DNA of 64,000 bases from NCBI GenBank assembly GCA_963924565.1, contig OZ004612.1, positions 12,400,001-12,464,000 on the forward strand. The letters run 5' to 3'. Below, in pieces: positions 1 through 12,561 of this stretch. The notes under the pieces were generated by a model. That model saw nothing but the letters and a program-made list of their open reading frames with translations, searched no databases and was not told the DNA's origin. This stretch comes from Ascidiella aspersa (lineage: Eukaryota). The position numbers and the translations under genes were made by a program. The number at the start of each line of letters is the position of its first letter. The first letter of the stretch is position 1.

Positions 1-100
1 ACGTGCTGTAACGCAGTAAACATCACGCCAGTTTTGGGGCATTGTGACGTAATACGAAAGGCTATAGTCGTAAACAACAACAACGATTTAAAACGTATAG

Positions 101-453
101 CAGGGGTAGGCAATTATTTTTAACCGCGGGCCACATGAGAAACTTGAAATGTTGTGGGGGGCCGGGTCAAAAACAATATCTCAAATACACACTATTTGTC
201 TGTAAAGATGCCAAGAAATAGCGTGGAACATAAAAGGAAGACAGAAGAGAAACAATTTTCGTTTAACTGTTTAAAACAGGCTATAAATAGAATTTGGCGG
301 GGTCATGACTAGATCCGTCCCTGAAAAGAGTGTTTGCGATACCACCAAAAATATATAAACTTTTCCTTGTTTTCTCTTAGCCCTTGCATTCCAAGGAAAA
401 TAAGCCGCGGGCCGGATTAAATTGCTCGGTGGGACGTTTGTTGCCCAGGTCTG
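101..453. mobile_element. hAT (Charlie/Buster-type) MITE
   Basis: Imperfect TIRs CAGGGGTAGGCAA / TTGCCCAGGTCTG, subterminal GCGGGCC motifs, 8-bp TSD ACGTATAG (93-100) / GCGTATAG (454-461). Confidence 0.75.
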
Positions 454-818
454 GCGTATAGGAAAGAATGTTAAATACAACCGTTAGATACTAATATGTG
501 ACAGCGTGCCTTCATTAGCCCTATTTGCGACGCTTAGTAATTGAGACAAAACGTGCCAATCTCTTATTCGCCGAAAGTGTAATGCAAAGGGGCGATCCTT
601 CGCAGATCGTTCTATCAAAACTTCGATTGACAAAGAGACAAAAGTGTTTAAGATTTTAAAAATCAATTATTGCTCCATGATGTCGTTGCTTTTCATATCA
701 ATAAGTTTTACTGGGGAGCCAGAAAATATGGAGTTAACAAGAAACACATCAAATTTGCAGGACCACCAACGTTATTATAGTAGGCCTAATATTGTTTGAA
801 CTGTTGGACAAATCCTTC

Positions 819-1170
819 TATACTTCCAATTTTTAACTCTCTTAACACAAATCATTCGACAAAATGACTATTATTTACACCGCATATTATTTTTAACATC
901 ACGAAGCAATCTTTATTTGTCAACTGTACAAAGTGTATATGCCTTAATATGTCGTAAAACACATCTGTAGGGGTGTAATCTTTCAATACTTCCAATTTTT
1001 ACCTCTTTTAAAATTAGCAAATAAAAACTAAAGGCGTATCTTTCGATCATTCGACAAAACAACATTTGTTTTAATTTCAACACCCAATTTTGTTTTTTTT
1101 AATTTCAATATCCAACCTTTATTTGTCCCATGTATATGCCTTAATATGTCATTAAAACGTCTGTAGGGGT
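819..1170. repeat. Diverged tandem duplication (about 170-190 bp unit) upstream of PRODH2
   Basis: Shared blocks TACTTCCAATTTTTA, TCATTCGACAAAA, TTTATTTGTC, TGTATATGCCTTAATATGTC, CTGTAGGGGT occur twice in the same order. Confidence 0.75.
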
Positions 1171-1253
1171 CTTGCAGCCTATTGTTAGTTAAAGTTTCCT
1201 AAACACGACTATAGTTGTTTATCAATTGGCGACGAACATCTAACGTTACGACC

Positions 1254-4200
1254 ATGAAATGGCATCTTCTTCCTCGAAATTGTGGACGACATCTTTCGCA
1301 CAAGCTACAGTTTCAGTCACAAAAAAGAACAATAGCGCACACATCAAAAGGCAGTTTGGTGACAAAACCAACAAAGGATCTCCTGTTTGCGGCAATGATC
1401 TTTAAGTTGTGCTCCTTTACTCCGCTGGTACAACACGGTGAAACGGTAAATCAAGTGTACCTATAGTTTTTACAACCATTTATTAGCAGTCATGTATTTT
1501 AAAAGAAAATAACGATGAACGTGTTAACTTCGCAGCTCTTGAGGACGAGTCGTAAAGTATTGGGAGAAAACTTTACAAATGCGTTGCTGAGAAGAACCTT
1601 TTACAAGCAGTTTTGCATTGGGGACAGCGAACGCGATCTCATGTCAAAATCAAGGGAAATGCGAAGGAACAACATACAACCGTTGTTAATAATTACCGCT
1701 GAAAAAACAAACCTGTCGGATTGGAGTTCCGGGTAAATTAGATTTATTATCCTATAAGTGGTAAAAGTATGCCGGATAAGCGGTAAAAGTAAGCCGGAAT
1801 GATCCGGAACGGCGTTTAAAAGAATTGCTGCCCTAACGTCGTTCCGGTAAAATGTTTTTTCAAGGTAGGCTAGTACACATCAGTAAAAAATGTTTTTTTA
1901 CCAGCCATATGCCTTTTACCAAGCTATTCCGCCATCTTCTTGAGTGTATTACTAAGATTTCAGTTGCATATCGGTGCACTATACATTGAACGACAACCTC
2001 CGGTTTCCATTACTTATACTCAAAATGTTTATTTATCATTATTGGTTGTATCTTTAGTCAATATTATCGTATAACTTTTATAGGTTTTGTCGGATATTAC
2101 AGTGAGTCTTACAGTGGTTCAGGGCGCACCTGTAGACATTTAAAAACGTGGCGACGCAACTGGCGATCGTAGCGTGTGCGAAATGTATTGGGTATACCAG
2201 TAATAATTTGAATTACTAGCAAGTTTTTATTACAAAGACTTCATAGTTGCATATCAGAAAAAACTGTGGATCAATGAGCTAAGCCGAAAACGAAAGTAAA
2301 AAATATATGTTTTAGGGTCATACATTAAACTATTTTTTTCTTTTTCCACAGGCGCACGGGTTAAGAAGTGCTGGTCTATTGAATAAAAATGTTGTACATG
2401 ATCTTATAAAAATTGTTCAAATTTTACAGAGAGAATTGGTTTGAAAAAAACAAACAAGACATAATGCGGTGCATTTATTTAACGGAGGTAATATCCAAAA
2501 CTTCAGTTCCGCGCTTTGCCGAAATAAAGTTGACAGCCATATTGGATGCCGATATTTGTGTAAGTATGTCAATCCAAATATTCGTTTAGCTTCAAACGTT
2601 TTACTTTAAAAAAGCCATTATGTTTATTTGATTTCTAACAATTAGGTGTACACTATTTATTCAAAAAGTATTGCGATAAACCAGTGTTTTTAACCCGTTT
2701 TTGACCTTAGGGCGCACACCTGGCGAGCTAACGCTGCGTGAAATATTTTTGGCAAACCGGTATTTTTTTCTCGGATAGCTTGTAAATGTAGGCTTTTATT
2801 ACGTAGGCTTTATAGTTGAATCTCCTAAAAGTAATGTGGCATCAATAAGCTAAGCAATGTGTGACATTAATTGCAAACTTTTTCAACTACAGGTTAAGCT
2901 TTCAGAACTAATTACAAAGGGTAAAACTTTCCAATTGGACCACTGGTTGAAATCTTATTCGGAACACAACAACAACGACGAAGTAAGATTGCAAAGAACA
3001 TGAACAACATCACATGAATTAACTGTAAACTGCATGTCTTTTCTTACAGCTAGTTGATATTCCTTCTTTAACAAAGACGGAGTTAAAGCATTTCGCGAAC
3101 TCTATAAAGCGCTTTCATGAAATCGGTGACATGGCGCTCAGTAAATCAATTCCAGTATTGATCGACGCTGAGTATTGCAACATCAATCCAATATTAAACT
3201 ACATCGCCATATACGGCATGAGATTGTACAACGCCAAGTCACCGATCATCCAATACACCTATCAATGCTATCTCAAGGTAAAGTCTTCCACAATGCAGTT
3301 TAAATGCTGCTAAAAGCATAAAAACCAGGCGCATTTTTCTACAAATCAAAATTCCTTGTCGGTGTTATTTTATGTGTTTGCAGGATTCTCACGCAACTGC
3401 CATGCGAGATATAAAGCTTTGCCTTAGTGAAAACTTGAAGTTCGGATGCAAGTTCGTTCGTGGGGCTTACATGGACACCGAAAGAAAACGTGCCATCGAG
3501 CAGCAAAATGAGTCACCAATATTCGATACTTGGTCCCAAACCAATGACAAGTATCCGTAACAAATACAAATAAACTATACAAAAGACCTACAGTAGTTAT
3601 AATTGTAAAGCAAGTTGCACAATAGCTTAACGATTTTTGAGGATTCGCACTACTGTATATGAATTGTAATACACTAAATCAATTTTCCTGCCGTGTTAAC
3701 AACCTCATTTTCGCAGCTACAACCAACTGATGGCCGAAGTCGTGCAAACAGTTGCGGACGACAAATCGAACTCTTTCCAGATCATGGCTGCAACGCACAA
3801 CGAAGAAAGCGTGCAAAACGTCGCCGAGCTAATGGAGCGTTACGGCATTTCAAAGACCAGCGGCCAAGTCGTTTTTGCCCAGATATACGGAATGGCCGAT
3901 CACCTTACCTGTTGGCTAGGTTGGTCGAAATTGCTTACTTTTCCGATTAGCTCTAGCTATCTTAGTGCAACTGTTAATTTCCACAAAACTTAGAGGTCTT
4001 CGGCCTACATAAACCTTCTATAACTAATTTTTGCTAACCCAATGTAACTTAAGCGTTGATTTGGCATAACGTTTTTTCTCCATATTGAAATGAAACGAAA
4101 AGGGGTTAGGTTTTGGAGCGAGTAATTCGTAGCCAACAAAGTTTGCCAAGGAAATTACTTTGGCAAGGTAAAAAAGAGATATCTCAAAAGGTTGTTAAAT

Positions 4201-4656
4201 CACAAGCAGCATTTGTTCATGTAAAACCCTTCACCCAAGTTATTTAATCAGCATTTTAAACTCGACTCACATCAAGGCTGTATACTTGACATTTAGGCGC
4301 ATTTCATAGGCTAAATTATTTTTTAAATTTTTCACTTCGACTTTAATCTAGTGAAAACATTGTTCAAGCAAAGTTATATTGGTAAAACCACAATTGAGGC
4401 ATGACATTACGAAATTCCGAGCCTACATTTATCCTTTCTAGCTTTGTGTTTGTTTTTAGCTGACCACGGTTTCTTGGTGTACAAGGCATCGCCGTTTGGA
4501 TCGGAATCCGATAGTATCCCGTACCTTATCAGAAGGGCGCAAGAAAACAGCAGCGTCATAGATGGGAGCAGAAAAGACAGAGATCTCATTAGGGAAGAAA
4601 TATTTCGAAGAATGCGTCGGCGATTGCGGACATGGTTTCTGCCGTTTTCAAATTAG
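1254..4656 (+). CDS. PRODH2: Hydroxyproline/proline dehydrogenase (PRODH2-like), 8 exons, about 467 aa
   Basis: Exons 1254-1445, 1536-1732, 2430-2559, 2893-2982, 3050-3277, 3384-3550, 3717-3919, 4460-4656; all GT-AG and phase-consistent (1404 nt). Motifs IDAEY, YTYQCYLKD, GCKFVRGAYM, AATHNEES, FAQIYGMADH, PYLIRRAQEN. Basic N-terminus resembles a mitochondrial presequence. ENWFEKN..MRC..EIKLTA resembles human PRODH2 more than PRODH. Confidence 0.9.
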
Positions 4657-5309
4657 TGGAATATCAAGAACTTGATTAAATTGCGAGTTGCCAATAATTT
4701 ATCGAAAATCCTATACGCTTACAAATGTGACCACTGCTTTAAAGACATGATAACGTCTATGTATGAAAATGTTTTGAATCGTTCTTGTATATGGAAAAAG
4801 CAAGCCTTGTGTTTTCACCCCAACTTTCTTTAAAAGATAAGACTAAAGTGACTTTAAAGACAATAACAAATTTGGAAAATCAAGTAAAAGAGAATGCGCA
4901 CAGTTCCTCAATTCGTATATACTTCAGCCCTGTCTAACCTTTTTAACGCAAATCATATTGTTTTTGCTAAATGCCACCTCGGGTCATGATTGTTAAAAAG
5001 ACAGATTTTATTTGTGACTTTTATTGCTTTTTTGTCAAAAAATATATTAAGTTAAATGGGTATGGCCCACATTGAATGTTTTAGAATTCGGTGTGGTAGT
5101 TGAGCTACATTCGCTATATTCACTGTTTAGTTGGTATCGTCTTGTAATAAACATAATGTACTATAGTTTCCTTTTATAAATTGCTGAATTATATTAAACT
5201 CACGGGACACCTCCCCTTACCAGACCCCAGTATTCAAGCACCACGTTTGCGTCCCCATTTAACGAAACCATAACACACCGTACGGTTTAGAAAACAGATA
5301 TATATTCAC

Positions 5310-7528
5310 CTACGATCAAGACCTGCTCGGCGCCTTTGTGCTTAGACACCAAACCGCAGAGGATCCCGATCGGGCCTGCGCCGAAGATGACCACATGGCT
5401 AGCCTTGCCGATGCCGGCTCGTCTGCAGGTATGAACGGCGACGCTGAGAGGCTCCAGCATGGCTCCCTGTTCGTCAGTCAGGTTTGGAGGCAGCCTTGAA
5501 CGTGAAACATGAAGTCAAAGTTTTTATAAACCAATCGAAATTAAGTGGTGGCATTATTGAAAGATGGTCTATTGCTGAATGAAACCTTTGACGGAAAAAC
5601 TATGAAAGTCTGACTTAAGGCACAATATTATTGTTTGACACAAGGGAAAACTCTAATGCAGAAACGCAATATAGGCCTAAATAAAAAAGAGCCAAACTTG
5701 AGACTTAATTTACAGCTGCAAGCCATTTTTTATAAGCAATGAACGTGTTTTTTTATAAGAAATGAATACTACACGAACGCTACAAAGTGCTTTTCATGCA
5801 CTAGTATGCCTAGGCCTACATTAGTATTCATTCATTGAGTTTATGCAAATGCATAAGTGTTATCTTTCCAAAGTGTAAGGAGTTGATTTTAAACAAATGT
5901 TACCGCAATAGAGGCTACGTTAAAATTAAATTTTATCCTTATCACAATAAAGAGTGAAATAGAAGTATTAGAAAATTGTTTAGGGTTATTGCTCTACATC
6001 CCATCCTCTTGGTCGGCAGTTGAAAGCAAACCGCCAGGAGAAAACATCCAAATACAATCTACCGACTCAAATAAGAAGAGACCATACACTCATAAAACGT
6101 TTAAAGCAACAACAACGAGTTGTTTCCTACGACGGTCACCTACTTAAAGCAAAACCGGGCGTCGTGCACGTAACGCTTGCACAGGTTGCCGTGAACGGGA
6201 GGCGTGGCGCAGAACCTCATGCCCTTGCACAGATTGTAGCGGCCCGACGCGCAGAGATCGCACTCGTTGCATGACACGCCCGGCTCGATGGCCACCCGAT
6301 CGCCGGGGGCGAGTTCCGTGACGTCACTGCCCACTTGCTCGATGACCCCAGCTGCCTCATGCCCAATGACCATTGGCTGGCCGTCCAGGCTGAAACGGCC
6401 GCACTTGCCGTAGGCCCAGTACTTGAGGTCGGAACCGCATATTCCAACGGCCGTAACAGCGATCAGGACGTCTAAGGATTAATAAAAGCAGGCTGTTAGG
6501 GGCGTTCACCTAAGTTTGTTAGGGGCGTTCACCTAATGTTCCGGAGCCTTAGGCAACTAATACTTACGTAAAGCAGAACCCAGTCACGCTAAAGTTACAA
6601 AACAACAATGTTTTAAACTAGCCATTAAAAATGACTTTAGGGCAATTGTAAAATAAGTCTAAGTCAAGTCTTTAAAAAGAAGTTAAAATACACTCATTCC
6701 ACGCCTTCGGTTGCCCAAAGTCGGGTCATTAATAGAGCACACCAAGTCATTGATATAAAAATTAAACGTTAAACTTTTAAAATAGGTAAACTCGTCTGAT
6801 TATATGAGCAATAACTCGAAAAAAAAAAAATGAAAAATTCAAGATATAGCAAGGTAATTATTTTAGGACCAAATATTGAGATTAAATTACACTTTAGTAT
6901 TTATAAATGTTTACACACTTAATTTCAACCAAAGTAATTTGACTAAACGACTTAAGTCAAGTCATTTAAAAACAGTGACTGATATCGTTACAACATTGCA
7001 AAACAGTTTACTTTGTTTAAAACACTGCCTGCATAAATGAAATGCCTACACGGGGTGCAGACTCGTGGTGTAATTAAGCTAATACGTTAAGGAAACCAAC
7101 GATGTGATATCCTGCATTTAATTAGGCGACCAGAAGCCTGTTGGGTGTTTGTGAACACCATAAATGAAATAGTTTAATGGTTTGTAGGCCTTGTGGTTAA
7201 GAGTATTTAATCAAAACCTAGCCTACCGTCTAGAATTAAATATGGGCCTATACCTATAGTCGCTCACCTTTGCTTCTAAGAGTTGCAACAGGCCAATCTA
7301 CCTGTAAAATACAACTTCTTTGTGAACAGAGTTAGCATCAGGGTACCGTACAAATCACGTGCCATACAAAATTACTGAAAATTCATTAACAAATTACTGA
7401 AATTCATTAACTTGCTATTCACAACTAACAGAATAAGGTTAAGGCTTTGTTACCGTACTAAAAAGCTTTCATACCAAATCTATCGACTTGTTTCCACGTA
7501 CAACAGCAGCTAAGTTAGAAGCAGCCAT
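5310..7528 (-). CDS. SORD: Sorbitol dehydrogenase (Zn-dependent MDR family), exons 1-4; 3' part not in window
   Basis: Exons 7528-7475, 7301-7268, 6471-6144, 5494-5310 translate MAASNLAAVV..GICGSDLKYW..GHEAAG..GDRVAIEPG..CNECDLCASGRYNLC..FCATPPVHGNL..GAMLEPLSVAVH..VIFGAGPIG..QVLIV. Exon 4 ends at a GT donor (gtgaat) at 5309. Confidence 0.9.
6494..6536. repeat. 23-bp tandem duplication next to SORD exon 3 acceptor
   Basis: TGTTAGGGGCGTTCACCTAA occurs twice. Confidence 0.8.
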
Positions 7529-8399
7529 CTTCGTTCGTCGGCAAACTGAACAACGCCAGGCAAGCTGTCGCTCGTGTTAGGCCAATGATTGCTTTAGCCA
7601 GGTTATACATATTTACACAAGGGTTTCATAAGTGCCTAAATATTTGGACCTGCTAAAGACAAATGTAAAATTTTTAACTAAAAATGTGGTAAACGCACTT
7701 CCGCTTTTTTAGAGCTAGAAGCATGGTTTTACAATTAGACTAAAAAATAGCCTACAAAAAGTACGGTGAAAGTTTGAAGGTAAAAGGTTGAAAACCCGCA
7801 AAATGTAACCAAGTTAACTCCACTAAGTATATAATAATTTACCTTAGGCCACTTGATTAGACATGTTTTCTTAAAAAAACGTAGGCTACATTTTCTGTGT
7901 TATTAATAAATTTCCGAAGTTTTGGATTTATTATGCTACTAAAAGACTTCTGGTGAAACTTAAAAACAATACCGATAGCCTTGTAACAACTGCTATGGCA
8001 CTTACCTTGACATCCAATACGCTACTAGGGCTAATATAAAAACTACAGAAGGATTTCCCTTGTGCCATGGGTAGGCCGTTTAATTACTACCTTCAGGGCT
8101 TGCCTCGTGGATGCAAGCGCCTTAACTGTAAATGGTTGGCACGGTTTGACCTGCGCTACTTAGCAATCATAAATTCCCGATTTTTTTTAGTCAACATGAA
8201 GACAAGTCACAACGTTGCCTCAATTTATCTTTGATTCTTGAAAAAGTAATGAGTATTCAAACATTTGGCAAGCCCATCTAATAAACAGCACACGAACTGT
8301 TTTAATTATTCTTATTTGTGTCCCATTCATAATAGAACGCACCAGAAGAAATCAAACTTGCAGTAAAAATAGATAACTGCCGATGTTCTAACTTAAAAC

Positions 8400-8743
8400 T
8401 AGGGCTGTAGAGTCAGACTATGGACTCGATTAGGTAAGACAACTCAAGACAATAGAGGAGTCCCGAGTTTGACGTACCCAGTAGCAAGTTCGGAACGGAT
8501 AACGTCGCACACTGCAAATCGTAAAAGTAAAAAGGGTGGAATAACTTCCACCCATAAATTGTGATGGGTGAGTTCCATGACGCCCCTGTAAGTGAATATA
8601 TATATCCACACTGTTTTAGTTTCGTTATTGGGTGTAAAACAGGATTATGAAGTTGCCGGCGGACTCACGAATGAGTCCGACTTGACTTTATTTTCTTGTC
8701 CGGAATCAAACTCTAGTTGTTTTAAACCAACTTCGCAGCCCTG
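8400..8743. mobile_element. Degenerate TIR element of the (C)AGGGCTG..GAGTC(G) family
   Basis: Ends TAGGGCTGTAGAGTC / CTTCGCAGCCCTG with internal GAGTC/GACTC motifs; similar to 19680-20096. Confidence 0.55.
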
Positions 8744-8992
8744 TCAAAATATCACAGTTTTTTTTTTAATAAAAGCACTGACGAAAAATCCGTTCTAAAA
8801 TGTTGTCAGCAAATAAAAAAGTAGAATAGACACAAATCGGTTAGGCGAAAAAGCCTGTAAAGATATCAATGGTAACTACATGTTACTTTCTTAGTTGCGT
8901 GCATGAAATACTACAATTTTCTTGCCAAAAGTAAATATATAGTTTATAAACGAGTGGCACGGGTTCGGCTAAAAAGATTCTTTAAAAGCGTA

Positions 8993-9963
8993 GGGGAAAG
9001 CGGGGCAAAACGGACCCCTCACTTTTCTCGTTATAACAGTGACTACCGTCGAAAACACGTGTGTGGCCAAAAATTAAGCAGATTCGATTTTGCACCAACC
9101 AGGGAGGGGAGAAAATGTGTTTGGGGGATATTGATATAAGGATAGCTCAGAAAAATGATGCCGTTTGTTACTAAAGTTCGGATAAAGGCGATATTGCTTT
9201 TTTGCTAATGCATTTGTAAGTAAGGGTCTGTTTATTAATCCGAAACAGTTTGCTTTATACGTTGAAAGATTTAAAGAAATCAGGTTTTCCTGCCCTCCCT
9301 CCCAAGTTAATCCGTTATTACTAGCGTATGACTGAATTTATAATTGCACTGTTAGTTCATGAAGACATTTGAAATTGGAATAAAATATCACTATTTTGTA
9401 AGTTTAGATCAGTTTTGCAGGAAGGCCAAACAACCGGAAATTTTACCAAGATCTGTTATAAAAAAGATCGATTGATATTTGTTTTAATACTTAGGAGTTG
9501 GTATACATAAAGAGAAATATAAGGCAGTTTACGTACGGCCTATTTATAGCCATGTAACTTATACATAGTTGCAATGGTTTTCTTGTATGTTTTAGCCTAC
9601 TATTGTAAAACATTTTCAACCTATAACACGCCATGTATACCATAACTTAAATTATGACGTCACGTTGTGACGTAACTTGCGACAATATCTCTCAAAAACT
9701 TTGTGCCTCTTAAACAAATATCCTTGATCCTCCATTTTTAAACAACAAAGGCAATTAAATTATATTTCATTAATGTGGTCCGTTTTGCCCCGTGAAAAAA
9801 GCGACAACCAATGTTCATTTGTTCAGAAGGTATGCTTCTTTCTGTTGTTGTTTTTTAGCATAAGAATAACTTTCAGTTGCTACCCAACTCATTAAAAAAT
9901 ATTTTGTGAAATTCGAAATATAGCAATTATCCCTTAAGGGGTCCGTTTTGCCCCGCCTTCCCT
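8993..9963. mobile_element. Non-autonomous TIR DNA transposon flanked by TA (Tc1/mariner-pogo-like)
   Basis: About 27-bp TIR GGGGAAAGCGGGGCAAAACGGACCCCT / AGGGGTCCGTTTTGCCCCGCCTTCCCT, TA on both outer sides, internal TIR-core copy GGTCCGTTTTGCCCC near 9777; no transposase ORF. Superfamily is inferred. Confidence 0.8.
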
Positions 9964-12561
9964 TACTACAAAATCAATTAAGATCGCATGCATTTTAATT
10001 CAAATAGACAAAAAAACAAAGAGCAAGGCTTACATTTCAAGGTATCTCTCCAATAACTATTTGAGCACAATATTTATTAGTAGGCAGACTTCAATATTGT
10101 TTTTTGTTTATTCCATTATCAACTAGGATGACAAAATTAGGTTAACGAATAACAGTTATTCGCCATACAGTTTATGTTTCCAAACACACCATTGGAACGA
10201 CGTGGCTTTCACTCATAAATTGTGACGGCACGCTCATTTGACGGGTTCGGTCGAGGTTACCAGAAAATATTCGGTTTAATGTCTTCAAACCAAGTGGTAT
10301 AATATAATAGTGGTTCACTTATTAAAATCAAGGATTCTAGAAAAATTTTAAATCAAGAAATCCTGAAATAAATATAGGCTATAAACTTCACGTCGCGACT
10401 AGCGAGAGTAATCGTATCGTTTTGTATCATAGCACAGTTTTGTATTACGACAAAAGGAGACGCAAAAACAAACAAAAGTGTTTTGAAGCATAACACAAGT
10501 ACTGTCGTCGTTCAGAAGTTGATATTGTGAAACCCAGAAATTCTATCGTTGACAATTCTGTGGGAGTTCTCTTGTGGCGAGAATTCCTTTTTCACAAAAA
10601 TATCTTCACGCATAACGCTCTGTCCTTAAAATCTGCTTGACGTGGATAAAAGTAAAAAGGTACTCTATATAGGAAACAGAGTATATCTACAGGCAAGCAC
10701 GGTGTTTTCAAGTTTCATTTGTTTTTGCGTTGCACTTTATCACATATTAATTGTAGAAATTATAAACCAACAGTTATGCCTGAATAGTGTACTATATAGG
10801 CAAGCAGAGCGTTTCATTTTGGAAAAATAGCTTTTTTCTGCTTGGCACTTTATCCGGTATTACCTGTAGAAATTATAAACTAACTTTTTTGACTATGGCC
10901 AAGACAAAGTTGGTCGAATAAGATCTTCAATTTGGCAATAACGTTACAATGTTAAAAATAAACCAAAATCTACTACATTGGAAACACGCACGGTTCTACT
11001 ACGAAATTTATGCCGCATTCTCGTGTGGAAGAAGTAATATCACTAGATTCAAAATCGGTTTAAACTGTATTACAATAACACTAGACATGATTTCGTTGTA
11101 GTATCGGATAAAATACTTAGGCTATTAAACTGATGGGCAGACGATTCGCGTAAAGCTAGACAAACAAACTATTTTTTATTGTTGTTGTTTGCAACCTAAA
11201 TCCGTAAAAATAAAAAAATCAGAATGAAACAGAAAATGACGTGTATATTTAAAGAACATTGCGACGAATAGTAAAGTGGTTACACACGGCGATCACAGCC
11301 ACAGCGGGCGTAAAGATAGGAACGGCTTGAAACTTGTCCAGTGTTTAAAACTAACTCCGTTATGTCAGTCAGTTGGAACACATTTTACAAACATTGGCAA
11401 CACTCAGCCTCATTCGAAACGCCACAAAGTTTTCACAGACGTGGTTGCAAAAATTTACCGGTAATAGAATTGAATTACGCATCCCAAACAAATGCATCGT
11501 ATCCCGGGGTCGAAATCAATACACGATATTCCGGACTATAACAGGACTCCACGTTTATTTCATCTTTAAGCTCCAATTATGTGGAATTCCGTTCCGGGAT
11601 AAAACATAAGCTAATTGGTTGTAAAAGCAGCACAAACTTGGAAGCAGCTTACAATTTTCTAAAAAAATGTTTTTTAGGCTTGAATGCTACCTTATTTCCC
11701 GCAGGACTAGCGGAAACTTAGGCAATATCCTTCCATGAAAACTGTACTCCCAAATACTAAAAAGTTATTTTTTCGTCTTATATCTAGTCTTAGTTTTGTA
11801 AGTCGATGTGACACAGTATAGTCTTGTTTTAAGACTTTCCAGAATCATGTTCAGACAACAAATTCACTATACGCGTCAGTTGCGAAAAATTTTAACGCGA
11901 GTTTAAGTAGCACAGGCCGTTACCGCGGTTCGAATCAATATTTTTACTTCACCTTACGCGTTTGAAAGCAACAAGTTATATCTACTAATAATAATTAATT
12001 AGGCGGACCTTTTTACTCTTATTTAACAGTAAAAGTGAAGACAATCTTTAGACGTTTTTCATGTTGTCCTTGCAACTTGCCGGAGCATCATTGGCAGTTT
12101 AAGAACTTGTTGACGTAGCGTTCGGGCACTAATTACCAAAACATATTTCGATACTGAATCTTGCCCGATGCGTCCCTACAATTCAATTCAGCGCTAGAAA
12201 ACCGTTACATATTATAAAATTAAAACCGCGACGCTTTTCCCAGCACTGGCTGAAATCTACACAGCTTTTGGGGGTGTACGATAACTGATCACACCGTTCG
12301 GCTGACGAGCTTGCAATTTCAAAAAATAGTTCTCCTTTGTGTTAGAAGACAAAACATGGCGAGGACAAAACACGAGCTGATCTTTCACCACCACACGTTG
12401 ACATTCTTTTTACTCAGCAGCAGCAGAAGCGGCAGTGTTCAAATACAGCGGACGGGCACGCACCACGACACGTTAATGACGTTAAATAAACCAGTAGTGA
12501 ATGTACAATAATGGCACATACAAGAATAGGGCTTATAACTCCAAGTCTATCTTTGCCGATT

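Noticed and set aside
10000-12400. Additional gene between SORD and YLPM1
   Set aside because: Only short ORFs without homology cues; more likely YLPM1 3' UTR and intergenic DNA.
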